Position numbers and translations under genes: made by a program | In this document: one piece after another, positions 1 to 13,889 of the stretch | Numbering within the stretch: position 1 is the first letter of the stretch | Layout: every line of letters begins with the position of its first letter | Notes under the pieces: model-generated | Told to the model about the DNA's origin: nothing | Databases searched by the model: none | The model's input: only the letters and a program-made list of their open reading frames with translations | Origin: Camelus dromedarius | Taxonomy: Eukaryota | Reading direction: 5' to 3' | Assembly (NCBI RefSeq): GCF_036321535.1 | Contig: NC_087437.1 | Location: 97,156,001 to 97,220,000, forward strand | DNA: 64,000 nt

Positions 1-3000
1 TAAATATTAAGACAGCCACAATACTATGCATATGTGCAAAAACATGCCCAAAACATGCCATTCTTTTTTTTTTATTAACTTTTTCCATTTTGAATGTGGA
101 TATCTCTTCCATGAATGAAAAGACTCTAACTCTAAGCATTACATTTTACTATTGTTACTAAAATTTTGAATTAAATTATAACAGAAGTATAGAAATTTTT
201 CTATTAAATTATAAAATTATAATTATATACAATTGCAAAAGAACTATTTCAAGTCATTAGAAAAATAATCTTTAAAAGGTGTATGACTATAAACATACAG
301 TTATATGTTAAACATACAACTATAAATATACAAACATTAACTATCAACACATTAAAATGTGTATAGCTATAAATGTCATTAAATTATTTCCTATTTCCTG
401 TGTTCATTTTAGTGGTAAAAGTTGGACAATTATCAGAAAAATTAAGTTGGTTGAATGGAGATCTTCTAATTACTCTAAGAAGAAAGTGGCCAATGTAAAT
501 GGTTATGGCTAAATTATATAGGAATATTGATACAAAGATGCAGGAAGAATGAAACATTGAGACATTTGCTGTATGACAGAAAAACTTAGGAACATTAAAA
601 AATCGAAATGATTACTTTTCTTTTCTTTCTTTCTCTGTGCCCTTTTGTAAACTAAATGCCAGAGTTCTTGTCTGTGACAATCTTGCCATCTAAAGCAGAC
701 CATGTGCTGCAGTAAATTTCCAGGAGACCTAAAGTGGAGAATAACCTTAAAAAAGAAAAAAATTTTAAAGCTACCCTAAGCAGCAAACGGACCAAGCACA
801 AAGTCTCTGAAAAAAGCATGCATGGTCTGAAGAAGTGAACACATAAAACAGTTTTTACAGCATCAGAGTATTATTTTGATTGGCATAGCTAATTCTCATC
901 TATTCACAATAATAAATATATGAACCACATGGATAAAATGCACAGATTAAAAAGCCTAATACGGCCAAAAATTGAAACCACATTTAGCATTAAGCCTATA
1001 TTATAAAAGTACTAATAACACCTAACAACACTGAATTACATTTTTTGCTTTATTTTGCTTTATTCCTCATCTCCAGGGCCACACCTGTCAAAATACTGAT
1101 GAGAGAGAAAAGAGGGGAGAAGGTGAGATTTTCATAATCTGGAAGGTAAGGTCCTCATTTCAGAAGACAGCAATGTTGACTGTAATGGATACATTCTCTT
1201 GAGTAACTTTTTGATATAAGTATGTGCACAATGCATAAACAATGATGAATAGTAGTACAGTATCTTTCTGATTAATGTTGTATATACTAGGAGTTATTTA
1301 AAACAGTTCATACAAAGCAGTATATTTCTGAATCATTTTCCATCCAATTCCCTCTGTATTTCCAACCCAAGGCAGCTGACTAGTTCTCCAGTAATTTCCA
1401 AGTTCCTTTGGGTAACTCAATCTCTCTCATCCGACTTAACATTAATTTTTAAGATTTGTATGTGGAATGTGTGAGTGTGTGTAGGCACATGCCATTTAGT
1501 TTACAAAAGATGAGAGGAAAGCTGGGCATTGAATGGCGAAAGGAGATCATATGTTGATATGGCTGATACATATCATGTTAATATGTATTGATGGTGCATA
1601 TAATGATTTCAATCAGTCTTCACTGATGATCAAGTAAATTAACTCTACGATATTTGTAGTTTAATTAGGATAGTTGTTCTAGTCAATCTTCTTTTACTTT
1701 TCTTTTGTTTTTAATCTATTGATTCTTAAAGTTTCAAAACCCCAAAATGAAAACACAGATTACTGAGGGTAAGCCATGGGATACCCAAGAGACACACACA
1801 CTAATGCCATTGTGTTTTCAAATCTTTCTTCACCTCAGTCTGGCAGTTGCAGTCTGTGGCCCTCACCCTGGAACCCCCTCAAATCTGGAGCTGCATTTTT
1901 TAAATTAAAAGTTATCTAAACTGTGTATCCTTTCTCCACAAATAACTTTAACATAGGGATATATTAAGCTGGAAGGAGTGTATTTTCATCATTTCTCACA
2001 GTTCTGAACAAATTTTAAGCACTCCAAAATAACTCTTGAGCTTAATTTAGTGCTTTCCTCTGGCAAAATGTAAAATTTTTTCTTTGTGTAAAATGAGAAG
2101 AATTTTCTTTTGCTTTTAAACCTTAGAAACAGTAGACCCTATAAGGATCAGGAAACCAAACACAAGATTAGAACTACTGGGGTCCCACTGGGCCAAGGAG
2201 AGAGGAACTGTTGATTCTGTAGCTAACTTTCCCAAAAGTGTTTGACACTGATCTGCAGCTGAATCAATGGTGTCATGGAATCCCACTGAGAAATGATTTA
2301 GGTTGTGACTACGAAAATGAGCATCAGTCCTGATTTTCTTTAATCTTAATGATGGAGATGCATTCTTCAGCCTTGAGAAAAAGAGAAGAATAATTTCTTT
2401 CTCAATAAAAAAAAGAAAGTGGAAGGTAGAAGAGAATGTGACATTTTAGGGAAAACAAATCTCTGATGCTAGAAAAGGTGGGTTTAACGCATGCAAAAGC
2501 TTGTATTTTGGGAGACCATTTGGAAAGTGGAAAAGGGAAAATCTTTAATCAGGATAATCACTGAGAAGCAGAGCAAATAATATATGATTGTTTTATATCT
2601 GAAATAATTCATTTCAGTTTGAGGCATGTCCTAATGTATGCATTTTGAGAGCCTTTAAGAAAATATATTTGTTGAAATTAGTGCTTCCAGAGTTACTGAC
2701 TTCTTCAAGCAAAATTTTGTTATAACTGAGTAACTGCAAAAGTATCTCATTAAGAAATTAAAATATTTATAAAAGTATATTTAGGAAATTTCTTTTTATA
2801 TTTAGAAACATATCTTTGTATACTTTTGGCAATTTTTATAATTTAATTCATCTGGATTTACATATGTAGAAATGGAAAAACAGAATTTAAAACAAAATTC
2901 TTTTTGCTAAAGATAACAATATTTCAAAAATTTGAACTCACAAAACTCACAAGACCATGGGAAAAGTTATAAATAAAACAATTGCTTTATTAATCATGAG

Positions 3001-3729
3001 ACTGTGCACTGGGTAACAACAATGCTTAGTGAAAACTTTTCCCTAAGGGTCTAGTTACTCCACATTCCAGATTCTTTCCTGGGAATATTTTCCTGACAGT
3101 TTGGCTTTCTACACTACAGAATTATAGACTTTCCCCTACAGGTTTTATTTTCAGGATGTGTACTTCCCTCGTACCATCTCCCTCACACGCGTGCACACAC
3201 ACACACAAAAGCACACAACAATGTAGCCAACACAGGATCTTATCTGACCAATCTCTCTCTAGCCCTCCCCTCTTTCTCTCCATCAGTCCCTCTCTCCTTG
3301 CTTTCTTTTCTTCTTACCTTTTCTCGTCTCTTCTTTCCTGTTTTTATGGATGTGATATCTATCCTCCTGAAAACAAAGTATGTGCCTTAAATTCATCTCT
3401 TTCTGCCTCCCTAGCACTTTGCTCTATCAATCACCTCAGCCCTATTATTCTAACTCTCTTTCTAGTGATCTAAAAAAGAAAAAAAAATCAAATTCAAATA
3501 TCAATAATGAATCAAACCCCAATTCCCCCAACCCCACATCTCGTTTCCTTCCAAGTCTCCCCTCTTTCTCTACCCCCATCTGTTCTACCCTGTATTTTTT
3601 CTATTTTCCCATCTCTCACTCAGTTCTCAATCCACCTTTTTTTTCTACCCACATGAACCCAAGAATATACCCTTGTCAAGGCTACCAAAAAAAACTCCCC
3701 AACTTTTCATTTAATGGAAGTTTCTCAAG

Positions 3730-4300
3730 CTATTTTTTTGGATACAAGAGCAACATTTGACACTTAAAGTACCCCCTTCTCTCTGGCTGTCTTGCCCTCT
3801 GTTGCTGTATTTCTCCAACTCTTTTATGGCTTCCTTCACTCTGATTAGAATTTTCTCCTTAGTACTTACCTCTTCTCAGCCTTCATGTGTTTATTTTGTA
3901 TGTTGATCCAGTCCCAACTTTTCATTTCCAATATATTCTTATACCTTACAAATCTGAGTCTCCAGTCATGTATTATCTTGAAAGCCACAGACTTAAATGT
4001 ATGTTTTAATTACTTTCCGGGAAAGCCAGCATTCCTGGAAGTACTCTTGACTTCTCTCTCTACTCACTCTGGTATCTAATCCCTCTGTGAACGCTACCTC
4101 ATCAAAATCTCTTTCATCTGTTATCTTTTCCGTCTCCAAGTATTGCTTGCCATCCTTCTAATTTCCTTCTGCTTCTAGTCTCTCCTCCTGCTGTTTTCAG
4201 TGTGTATACAATAATCTCTCGAAATGATCACTGTCATCATTTTAATTTCTTGCATGAAATTCTTCAAAATTTCTTGGGATACAGTTCATATTATTCCTTG
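3730..4300 (+). mobile_element. Highly diverged L2 LINE fragment
   Basis: Pyrimidine-rich L2-like text (e.g. cttccttcactctg, tcccaacttttcatttcc, gcttctagtctctcctcc); boundaries approximate. Confidence 0.4.
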
Positions 4301-5189
4301 TGTCTGAGGTTGTGTATTATGATATGATTCTTTGTTAATAATTTTACCTGTACTTATTTTCTTGAATTAATAACTAAAATTCGGAGACATTCTAATGCAT
4401 TAAACTTAATAATGTTTCATAAGTTGCCCCTCATTTTCAAGTGAAATGAATGAGCTCAATTAGTATTGTGCAACCACCATAATTTGAACATAAAGAACTT
4501 TGCAGCATGGATCATACACCAAGTAGATCCCATATTTTCTGTTCATAAGATAAATGTATTGTTGTCAAAAATGAAATACAATAGCATGAAAGAATTATAA
4601 TATCATGCATTCTCTTTCTAAGAATAATAAATCTGGTTACTATCACTTTGAGATGCAGAGAACTTCTAAAAGGAAAGTAAAACATCCTTTAGAATTTGCC
4701 CTCACACTTTTATTTTGATTTTTCTAATATTTGAGAAGACTCTCACTGATCCTTGCCAAATGTCATCATAAGACATTTCAAAGACATATGAGTTTTCATT
4801 ATCACATTACCAGAGATTTTCTGGGTAAACATTGCTTTGAAAAATATTTGTTAGAAAATCTGTACAAAAAACCTCCAAGGCCTAGCTCCCCTTACACAGA
4901 GGATGTGTGTTCCAGCTAAGCCACCAGGGCACTTCAGAGCTGTCATAACTGAATGGACCTCAGTTTTATACATGAAGGATAAACATCCCTTTGCATGAGC
5001 ACAGGTCATTAGCCTAGAAAGGGGGACATCATCGGCTCAAAACAACCAGTCTTCCAGAGTCGCTTTAAGGGCCATGGGCACAAGATCTAGAATCGGGGCA
5101 TTTATTTCTCCAGGGAACAGCCCCAGCATCATGTGTTCATTTAATAACTCCCTGTGGTTGCAAAGTCCTTCCCAGCAAAGAACTACAAC

Positions 5190-5410
5190 TATTTATATAA
5201 CACTTTGAAATTCATGAAACAGACCCACATGTGTGGTGCCACGTGAGCCTCCCTGCAGCCTCTGGTGATGACACAGCCAGGACTTATTCTGCAACTTCAT
5301 AAACAACAGACAGGAGACGGAGGGAGACAATGCCTTGCCAAAACCTGTGTAGTTGGAGAGTGACAGGGCTGAGGCTCATACCAAATCCTTTGAGTGACGT
5401 CTGACGCCCT
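5190..5410 (-). mobile_element. MIR SINE (diverged)
   Basis: Antisense MIR-like core: ...gggagacaatgccttgccaaaacc...agtgacagggctgaggctcataccaaatcc. Confidence 0.5.
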
Positions 5411-6194
5411 TCCTGCTTTCCCATGTTTTAGGCCTGGTGAGAGGTAATGGAACTAAGAATGGCAGTCACCACAGAAGTGGAGTTTCATATGGAACTTGAC
5501 ACTCTAGACAGTTTTACTTCAGTTCAGACATCAACCCTTGCCTTTGAAAGCCATGGTAGAAAAAAGCAGAGATGTATCACTTTTGATCAGAAAACCTGAT
5601 TGATACCTAATTTTTCAAAGCAGATTCAAAAGGCTCCTGAAAGTAATTGAAGCAACAGATGAGGCGAAGATCTTTTCATGTTTCGTGGAGGGGCCTACTG
5701 GTGTATCATTTCCTTATGTTAAGTTAGCTTGAGTAAGTGATTAGAGACATGAATAAGGGAAAAATGTCTCGTTAACAGGACACAGAGTTTTACAATCAAT
5801 ATTAGTAAAATTATCCTTAAAATTAAAATCTTTTTCTTTTATCCTTTTCCTCTTTCCTTTGATTGTTACTAAATTAGATAAAATGTTTCCTTGCTAGCCT
5901 GTCGGGATATACCAAATGAAGAACTCACTCTCTAACACTTGAAACGATAGAGACACAGGAGGATTGGGTAAGATGTCAGCATAAATCTAAATTGGATACC
6001 CTAATACAACTCATCCAGTTCCTCAGCACTGCAGGTATTTTAGGATGTAATTTGTTCAAGGTTTTAGGAAATTTAACCTATGCCTGTCAGAAAACTAAAA
6101 TTCACAAATTTCAACTTCACCTGGGGATAAAAGGGTATTCGGATTTTAATTGTGGATTACTGCTTCTCAGACTTCCCATGCTACGATGTAAATT

Positions 6195-6300
6195 CCCCTC
6201 TTGACTGTGAGCTCACTGCGAGTTAAGGGCTGAACGTTCCTACCACATAACCTGGTACTGACACAGAGCAAATACTTCTATAGGTGTTTTTTGAATGGAA
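6195..6300 (+). mobile_element. L2 3' end
   Basis: ttgactgtgagctc...cctggtactgacacagagcaaatacttc...tttgaatggaa resembles the L2 terminus. Confidence 0.6.
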
Positions 6301-8185
6301 ATAAGTTCAAATGGATGATAAAGACTTTGACATTCTGGTAAGGATGATATAGATTCTGCACATAGTAGTTACATATCTAGTATCTATACATTGGTTACAT
6401 GTGTGACTTGTATGAAGAAGGTATAATGAATCTTTATTAATAATGAGACCTAACGTGTTACTGGTAGAGAACAGCAAATACAAAACAAAGGGATTATTCT
6501 ATAAGCTCAATAAAATTATGCCACCATATCTTCCAGCAAATTATTTCTAAAAACAATTTAAAAATATCTTTAACTATACTGGGCTCTAAACACTATAGTT
6601 CCTATTTGCATTAACTTTCAAAAATTAACAAAAAAAGCCAATAAAATAGTGTCAGATATGGTGTGACAGTGACTAAGAACAAGAACATGCTTCCATCTAT
6701 TTCCTTAAGTGAAATATACATCTTTGAATACTGATCATTTGTTTAATGAAAATATGAATTTGAGAATGTTGGAAACATTAGAATTATTCCTGAAAACATC
6801 ACATTAAGTGACTGAAATTGTGATGTATTTTATATAAAATGCAGCTAACCTAATTTTGCAAATGGCTTGAAATTGCAGATGAAGATACTAACAATTCTTT
6901 TATTAAAGGATAAAGTGACCATAATACCCAAGGTAATACACTGATTGAAGCAGGTGCAATGGAAGATAACCCAGAAGCTTCATAATTCCTTGGATAATAG
7001 ATTAGTGATTCACTGTAATGTGCTTATTAAGCAATATGGAAAATTGGGTCAAATTAAACAGTGAGATAAAGTTGTTCATATATGACATGACTTGCCATGG
7101 AGACAATCAAAGTGACATTTCTTAACCTAAGTCTCTGGAGATAAGATACTTGGCATCGAATTAGTCAGTTACCTAACCTTTTAAAAAATCTACAGCTGTG
7201 ATCAGTAAAAGAAAATTGCATTAAGAACAGGAAATTATGATGTGCAGTATAACTGTAGGGGACAAATTTTCTTTCTCATAGTAAATTGAAAGTCTGCCTT
7301 ATTGAAGAAGTGAAGGCTTATAGAGAAAGGCGCTAAGGGTTATTTGCATGAAATAATGTAACTAACTCACATACACATGATGGCTGATCTTGATGGCCAT
7401 GATAAACTCTAATATTCATGGAAGAACAAGTACTCAGAGGGCCATTCCAAGATTCTAACTGGTGATAGCAATCACATTTTTGCCAGCTTACCTGAAATGG
7501 AAATATTAAATTTTCCATGAGGCAAAACATTTATTTTGGTTTGAAAAAACTGACAGGAAATAAAAGCATACCTGTACAGAGTGATTCTATGTTGGCTATT
7601 AATTAGGGTCACAAGCAAAGAAACTTGAAAACAGTGGTTTTAGTAGGGGTTTCCTGGGCAGCTTCTGAGATTTGGCACATCTTACACAAGTACCACTATG
7701 TAATAAATAAGATGTCTTTTCTTTGGTCACCAAATTTATTTGAAGTCTGTGAGCCTTAAATATAAATCTGACTGATGCAATCAGATTCAATGAGAGTGAC
7801 CACCACGTTAGAAAGGTACTCATCTGAGTTGCTTTTTGTTGCATATATTTAAATGACTAGGGTCCCAGCTCATGAAGACCTAGCAAAATCCAGTAAGAGA
7901 CAGATACCAAACCAGAACTGGCCTCATGTACAGAGTTGGCCTGATGCTGTCATGCTTGGGCATCCTGAGGCAAACAGAGAGTCCCCCAGACAGGGGTACT
8001 AAAGACATATTTGCTAAGAACAGAAACTGTTTACATTCTGCCCGAATGATGAGGGACTCACTCTCTTGGAGGCCCTTGGGCTGTTTGAAGGAGGCCATCC
8101 TAACCCCCCTCCCTCTCCTGGGCCATCTTCCTGCACCCTCATGTCAGTCACTCCCCTGCCTGGAGTAATGTTCTTGACTTTTTCT

Positions 8186-8358
8186 CAGTGGGTCCCAAAT
8201 TTGAATCCATATCACAATCATCTGCAGGACTCATTGAAACACAGATTGCTGGGCCCCACCCACAGAGTTTCTTGTTCAGTACAGTTGGGGTAGGGCCCAA
8301 GAACTTGCACTTCTGACAAGCTCCCGGGTGATACCGTAGCAAACTTTGAGAGCCACTG
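8186..8358. mobile_element. MER5A-like hAT-Charlie DNA transposon (non-autonomous)
   Basis: TIR-like ends cagtgggtcccaaa / tttgagagccactg; internal cagattgctgggccccacccacagagtttc and gggcccaagaacttgcacttctgacaagctccc. Confidence 0.85.
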
Positions 8359-9824
8359 TTCCTCCACAGTTACACTGGAATCTCCTTTGATTCATTCATA
8401 TTGTTCTCACTCATTTACTGATTTATTCATATGTCATTCTTTAATTTATATAAAGATACGGATGAACGTACAATGCATGTCTATAACCACGCACTCTGTT
8501 AGTCACATTAAATAACAACAGAGCTTACTGTCTTCTCCTTCTATTTCAGTTGCTCAAGTCCTTCCTACTGCTCTAAACTCCCAACACAGTGGTGCCTCCT
8601 TCCAGACCTTCTACTCCCTGGAGGAAACCCAATTTCAACATTGTTCCTTCACCCAATTCTTCACTGCTTTCCTTTCGTCTCCTGTAGTTACAATTTCCAT
8701 TTACTCAATGCAGGTGATCTCATTTATGTGGAATGAAGAAAGCAATTTACTTAAACTAATACACACTTATGCTTGAGACTTGGTTTGAATGTTCACATTT
8801 TTAGAAGAAGATGCCTCTGATCCAACATCAACTTCAAAAACCATGACAACATGAAGTGAAAACTGTCAGGTGGTTAAGATGTGTTTCCTCCCTCATACCT
8901 CCTATCTTTGGACACATCTAGTCAACACTGCAGATGACAGATCTCCATGCAGAGCACTGGACAAAGTAAGCTGGTTTGAGGCTACTTGAGAGATTTAATC
9001 ATTGTGTAGAAAACATATCAAATTTATATTTTAAATAATGTGTTTTCATAGTCCCTCAATCAAAAATTGAAAAGTTATAAGACCCTTGTGATAACCAATA
9101 AATCTGCCTGAACATCTGTTCTTATTGGAAATGTTCCAATAGGATATTTACACTTTTATAAGGTAAATGTATTAACCCTTACATGATGAAGGAGGCACAT
9201 GTTTTAGGTGCTTATATTATAGGGTTCCCCTCAGAGGCATTTATGAGGAAACTGAGGAAGAGAAAAGGAACGGAAGCTGAGGACACCCAAGTCTCATTCA
9301 TCCAGAGGAAATCAGAGGCAGGACTGAGCTTCAAAATACATGGTAAATGTAAAGCGACTTTCTTACAGGGGAAGTTCTGAGAATCTACATGAGAAGGCCT
9401 AGGAGAGCGAAGGCGGAAAGGAGGGGAGTATGTAATCAATTCCACAGACACGCAGGAGCAGAGGGGAGGAGCTGGAAATTGTATCTAATGTAACAAAGGC
9501 CACAATTTGCTGCCTCATCTCTCTGCCTCCTTCATCTCCTCCTTTTGCTTCCCTTCCTCGTTTGTCTCTTCCACTTCTTCTCCCTCTTTTTCCATTTTCT
9601 TCTTTTTTTAATTTGCTTTTTAAATTTTGTTGTTTTTATTTTGACTCTGCCCGGCACAAATCTATGTTTTCACAAAACACCAACTTTATTTACTCATTTG
9701 ATGGTTTCTCTCAACATCCTAACAGTTGCAAATAACTGTGCACGTAGAGTCACAATCTCACATTTTGAAAACTCCTTTAAAATCTAATTTAAAAAAAAAT
9801 AGTCTAAAGTTGGACACCGTTCCT

Positions 9825-9930
9825 AAAAGTAAGACTCTGGGCGAGTCACTGAAGACCCTTCTGGGCCTCACTCTCGCCCCTTATCAAATAGTTGGATTAG
9901 ATAACTTCCAGCTCTGAAGTTTCTGTTCTA
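9825..9930 (+). mobile_element. MIR (MIR3-like) fragment
   Basis: gactctgggcgagtcactg...ctgggcctcactc...ggattagataacttccagctctga. Confidence 0.55.
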
Positions 9931-11689
9931 TCCTGTATTATCTGTGTGGAATATTCATTTCATAGTTTTGCAAAATTTTTTCCTCAGTCATAAGAAAAGC
10001 CTTTATCTTCTGCTGATGGCATACTCCTCTCTAAATGTTTGTTTTTAGCGCTAGCACTTTGGGCAATTTCTTTTACAAGTGGTTACTTCAGTATAAACTG
10101 GAAATGTTGTAAACAGAGCCAGCCATGCACACAGTATGTGAGAGGTTTTTCTGGGAAAATCTCACACAATGTAGTTAGTCCATTTACATTCTCCCGCTGA
10201 AGCTTATAAAGCAAGATAGGAAAGGCAGATTTTCACATTTCCTCAGGCAGAGGTCAGAAGTAGCTTTCAGAGGGAACTTGAAGCTTAGGCAAAAATCCAA
10301 ACACATAAAAGCACAGCCATTTTAAAGCTAGTAAAAATGAACTGCTCCTTGGTATAGCAGATGGCAATATTTTATGAACCATTTTGTAGCATTATAGAAT
10401 TCCCAGCTTCTAGTAAAATTTAGCTTCATGAATACCATTAAAGAATCTATGCTGCTTTTGCACATGGTATTTTTAAAGGAAATGCTATATTATGAACCTA
10501 AAAAAAAATAATTTCTTAAGATGTAAAAGGAGGGCCCGATGCCCACAGTGGCAGGTGAGAATCAGCTCAACCTGACACAAGCTGAGGCCATTTTTCCACG
10601 CTGTGACGATGCCATGATACTAGTCACTATATCTCTGTTTTAAAGAAACTCTCTAGCTAAAGGCTGTGAAGTTAGACAAATCTTAGTTTCTATTAGAACA
10701 TAACTTTTTAATGTACATTTAGCACGATATCTAATCTTACAGGACCATTGCTAAGCAATCAATTACTACAAATTGCCAGGAGGAGCAGCAGCTATTTATC
10801 TGATTGGGAAAATAAACTTAGGGAGAGATTGAGAAATCTTTTGGATGGAGAAATGACGTTTATTGTGACAGTGAAACTACTGAATGGTGATGTACTATGT
10901 ATTTATAAATTCATAGTACATATAATTCCCCCCCAAGTTTCTGCCAAATAATGTGGAAATGGATGGGAGACTTCAGAGGAAAAGGTTTTGAAAACCTCTA
11001 GGGATTTCTTCAGTAGTAAGACATAAGAAATTACAACAACAGGGATATTCGATTAAATTGAATAGAACCAGTCACCAGGAAAGAAGGGAATTATGGCCTA
11101 GGAGCTTTGAAGACTGTGTATAAATTTGAGTGGCAAAAGGTACAAATTTTAAAATAAAAATTAACAGAGTTGGCACTTTCTCAAAAATTAAGGAAAATCG
11201 GTATGTTATCAAGGTAATTTTTAAATAAATTAATCTGTCAGAGATACCAGCAGTATGAAGATTTTCTTTTTCAACAATAGAAATATTAATTTGATCATTC
11301 CCTACAGAATCTAGTTTCGTATAGAATGTCTGCATATTTTGTTGTAAAACTTCAGGTTTATCGTTTTTTCAGCATCATAACTGCCCTAATATAATATACT
11401 GATCAGTGTTTCAGGAACTACACATAGAGCAAGATACTAATAATCACAAAAAATCTCCTGTTTAATAATTTATAAGTGGTGCTTATTTTCCTCACAAAGT
11501 GACAGATTAATAAGAAAAATGTTATTTTTCTTAATCTTTGAATCCCTGGTCTAACTAAATAACAAAAATACATTTAAATGCCATCCATCATTAAAAAAAA
11601 GAGAGAGACATTGGTTAATATTTGTGATACAGTAAAAGAATGTATCTTCTTTGAGAACTTTTTTTACAAAGGCAAGAGAATAGTCACTG

Positions 11690-11850
11690 TGCATAACTAT
11701 TATAATTTACTTTCACAGACACCCCCAGGAAGTAGACATGGTTACTTGCATTTTATAGCTAAGGTTAAGCAACTTGACTAAGGTCATATAACTAGTAAGC
11801 TGTGAGGCCAGAATTTGAACCCCGTTCTGTCTGACTCTATACTCTGTTCT
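11690..11850 (-). mobile_element. MIR SINE
   Basis: cattttatagctaaggttaagcaacttgactaaggtcatataactagtaag...agaatttgaacccgttctgtctgactc. Confidence 0.75.
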
Positions 11851-13074
11851 ATTGATGACAGCATTTGGGCTGCTGCACTACACAATGCCAGTGGGCCCCC
11901 TTTTTTTTGCACTAGCTGTGATGAATGTTCTTTAAAGTTTTGCTACCTGCTGAAATGTTACATAAAACCATCTATCATACTTTTCAAAAGCATCCATTAT
12001 AGTAAATGTGATAAAATTTATGTTGGTAAATACGCCATGGGGAGCCTCGCTCTTAAATATGTCAGACATTTCCAAGGTTTACCGTAGGGTAGCTCAACCT
12101 TACCTTTTCCCTCTGTCCATTTGGAGCGGATTCTTGAAGCAGGTGCTTGCAAACATATGCCAATAGTGACAGAAAATGCCACAGCATTTCCCAGACACCC
12201 TGGGTCAAATAGTGGGACAGCAAAGGAACAGAGCAGTGGCTAAAGTTTATTTATAAGACATTTCTTCAAATAAGCAACATCCTAGATCAATAATTTGGTC
12301 CACCAAGTAAGCACAGATGCCATAATCCTTCCAATAAAAAGAGAAAATTTTCAATAGGCAGGTGGTGTTTCTTACATCTGGAGAGGGAAAGGTATGTGGA
12401 TCTATGCGGCAAGCGTTTTACCCCTGAGCTTTCAACAACAAAGCCCTCAAAATCCAAGAAGAGAAACAGCTGAAGTTCAGCCGAATCATTCACAAGTATG
12501 TAACAAGCAATTGTTTCTGTGCTGAAATCTCCAGGCTAAGTTTAGGAAAAGAGGAGCAAGAACAAATATCAAGGAGTAGCTTTGAAAGACTTGAATTAAT
12601 TTAAAGAAAGAGGAGCCTTAGGTAAGGCAAAGTACTGAAGAATAAAGTGGGATGGTTTCCCTTTGCCCCTCTGAGAGATTAATTTCACCGTAGTATTCAA
12701 CCTGACAGTGATGCTGTTAGTCAGTGTAGCTTCTCTAACGTTGTAATGAAACTTCTCTTAAATTATTTTCTTACTTAGGTTACTTCATATGTTCCCAGGA
12801 TAAAATCAGTGCAAAACAATTTTTTTTGTAACTACATGAATAAATACTTATTGAGATGACATCTTAAGGATATTAAGTGTCCAAATACATGTAATACACA
12901 GTTCATTCCCCACCCTCCACACACAAGTTTATTATCTAGTTGGAATTTTTTTATAAGTAATATGACAGAATATATTTAATACAAAAGATTTCAAAATTCA
13001 CTGACAGTTACTCTTTTTAAGTGTGAGTCTGATGTCAGTCTTTTTTTTTTTCCTTCACTTTTTTTTCAAAACAA

Positions 13075-13400
13075 GCATCCCATGTCACTTAGAATAAAAT
13101 CAGCATCCTCACATGACTGCCCATGACCTGGTTAGTATTTCTTCTTGGCCTCATTGCCTCTGCCTCCACTTCACACTCATTCAAGTCTGCCTTACTTCCT
13201 TCTTGCTGTACCACAGCCAGATATACGTGCTCTGACTTTAGAAACTCGGAAATGACTGTACTCCCTGCTTTAAAACTTTTCCCCTCAGATATTCCCAAGT
13301 CTGACTCTCTCACTTTGCTTCTCTGCTCACATGTCACCTTATGAGTGAATATGGTCCCAACTACCCTGTTTAAGTGAGCACTCCTCCATAGCGCTCTATT
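13075..13400 (+). mobile_element. L2 (L2a-like), 5' part, interrupted by an LTR
   Basis: cacttagaataaaatc...ttcccctcagatattccc...ctctgctcacatgtcacctt. Confidence 0.75.
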
Positions 13401-13407
13401 ACTCTTA

Positions 13408-13883
13408 TGCTAAATGGGAGGTTAGCCATCTTTCAATAATATTCACTCGCCATTTTCCCATCTTTGTGGGCAAACTGAACTCTCCATTTCTTTGCCTTTT
13501 TACTTGTTTAGGCTGACATGATGCAGGCAGAACTTCTGATGCCCTGCATGGTTGGGTTTGAGCTCTTGCATTTCTGACTTTGCCATGTGAAGGATGTACC
13601 TGTAGCCTGTTGATTCTAAGGTGGGGGGGGGGTGACAGAAATACGGAACAGAGACTCCCCAGCTAGCCATCTTAATTGAGCCCAGCCCAGTTTGATCAGC
13701 CTCCAATCTGCAAACCTATGAGTGAGCCCAGCTGAAATCTGTAGAGGAACCTAGCTCAAACCTCAGTTGATTTCCAAATGACTCCAGACACTTGGGTGAA
13801 ATAAGTGTTATTGCTTCAGGACACTGATGAGATTTTAGTGATTGATAGATACCACTTTTTTGTGATAATGCTTAACTGATACA
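13408..13883 (+). mobile_element. MLT1 (H/I/J-like) MaLR solo LTR nested in L2
   Basis: gagcccagccc motifs, 3' end ...cttaactgataca; flanked by direct repeat ctctta (13402-13407, 13884-13889). Confidence 0.72.
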
Positions 13884-13889
13884 CTCTTA

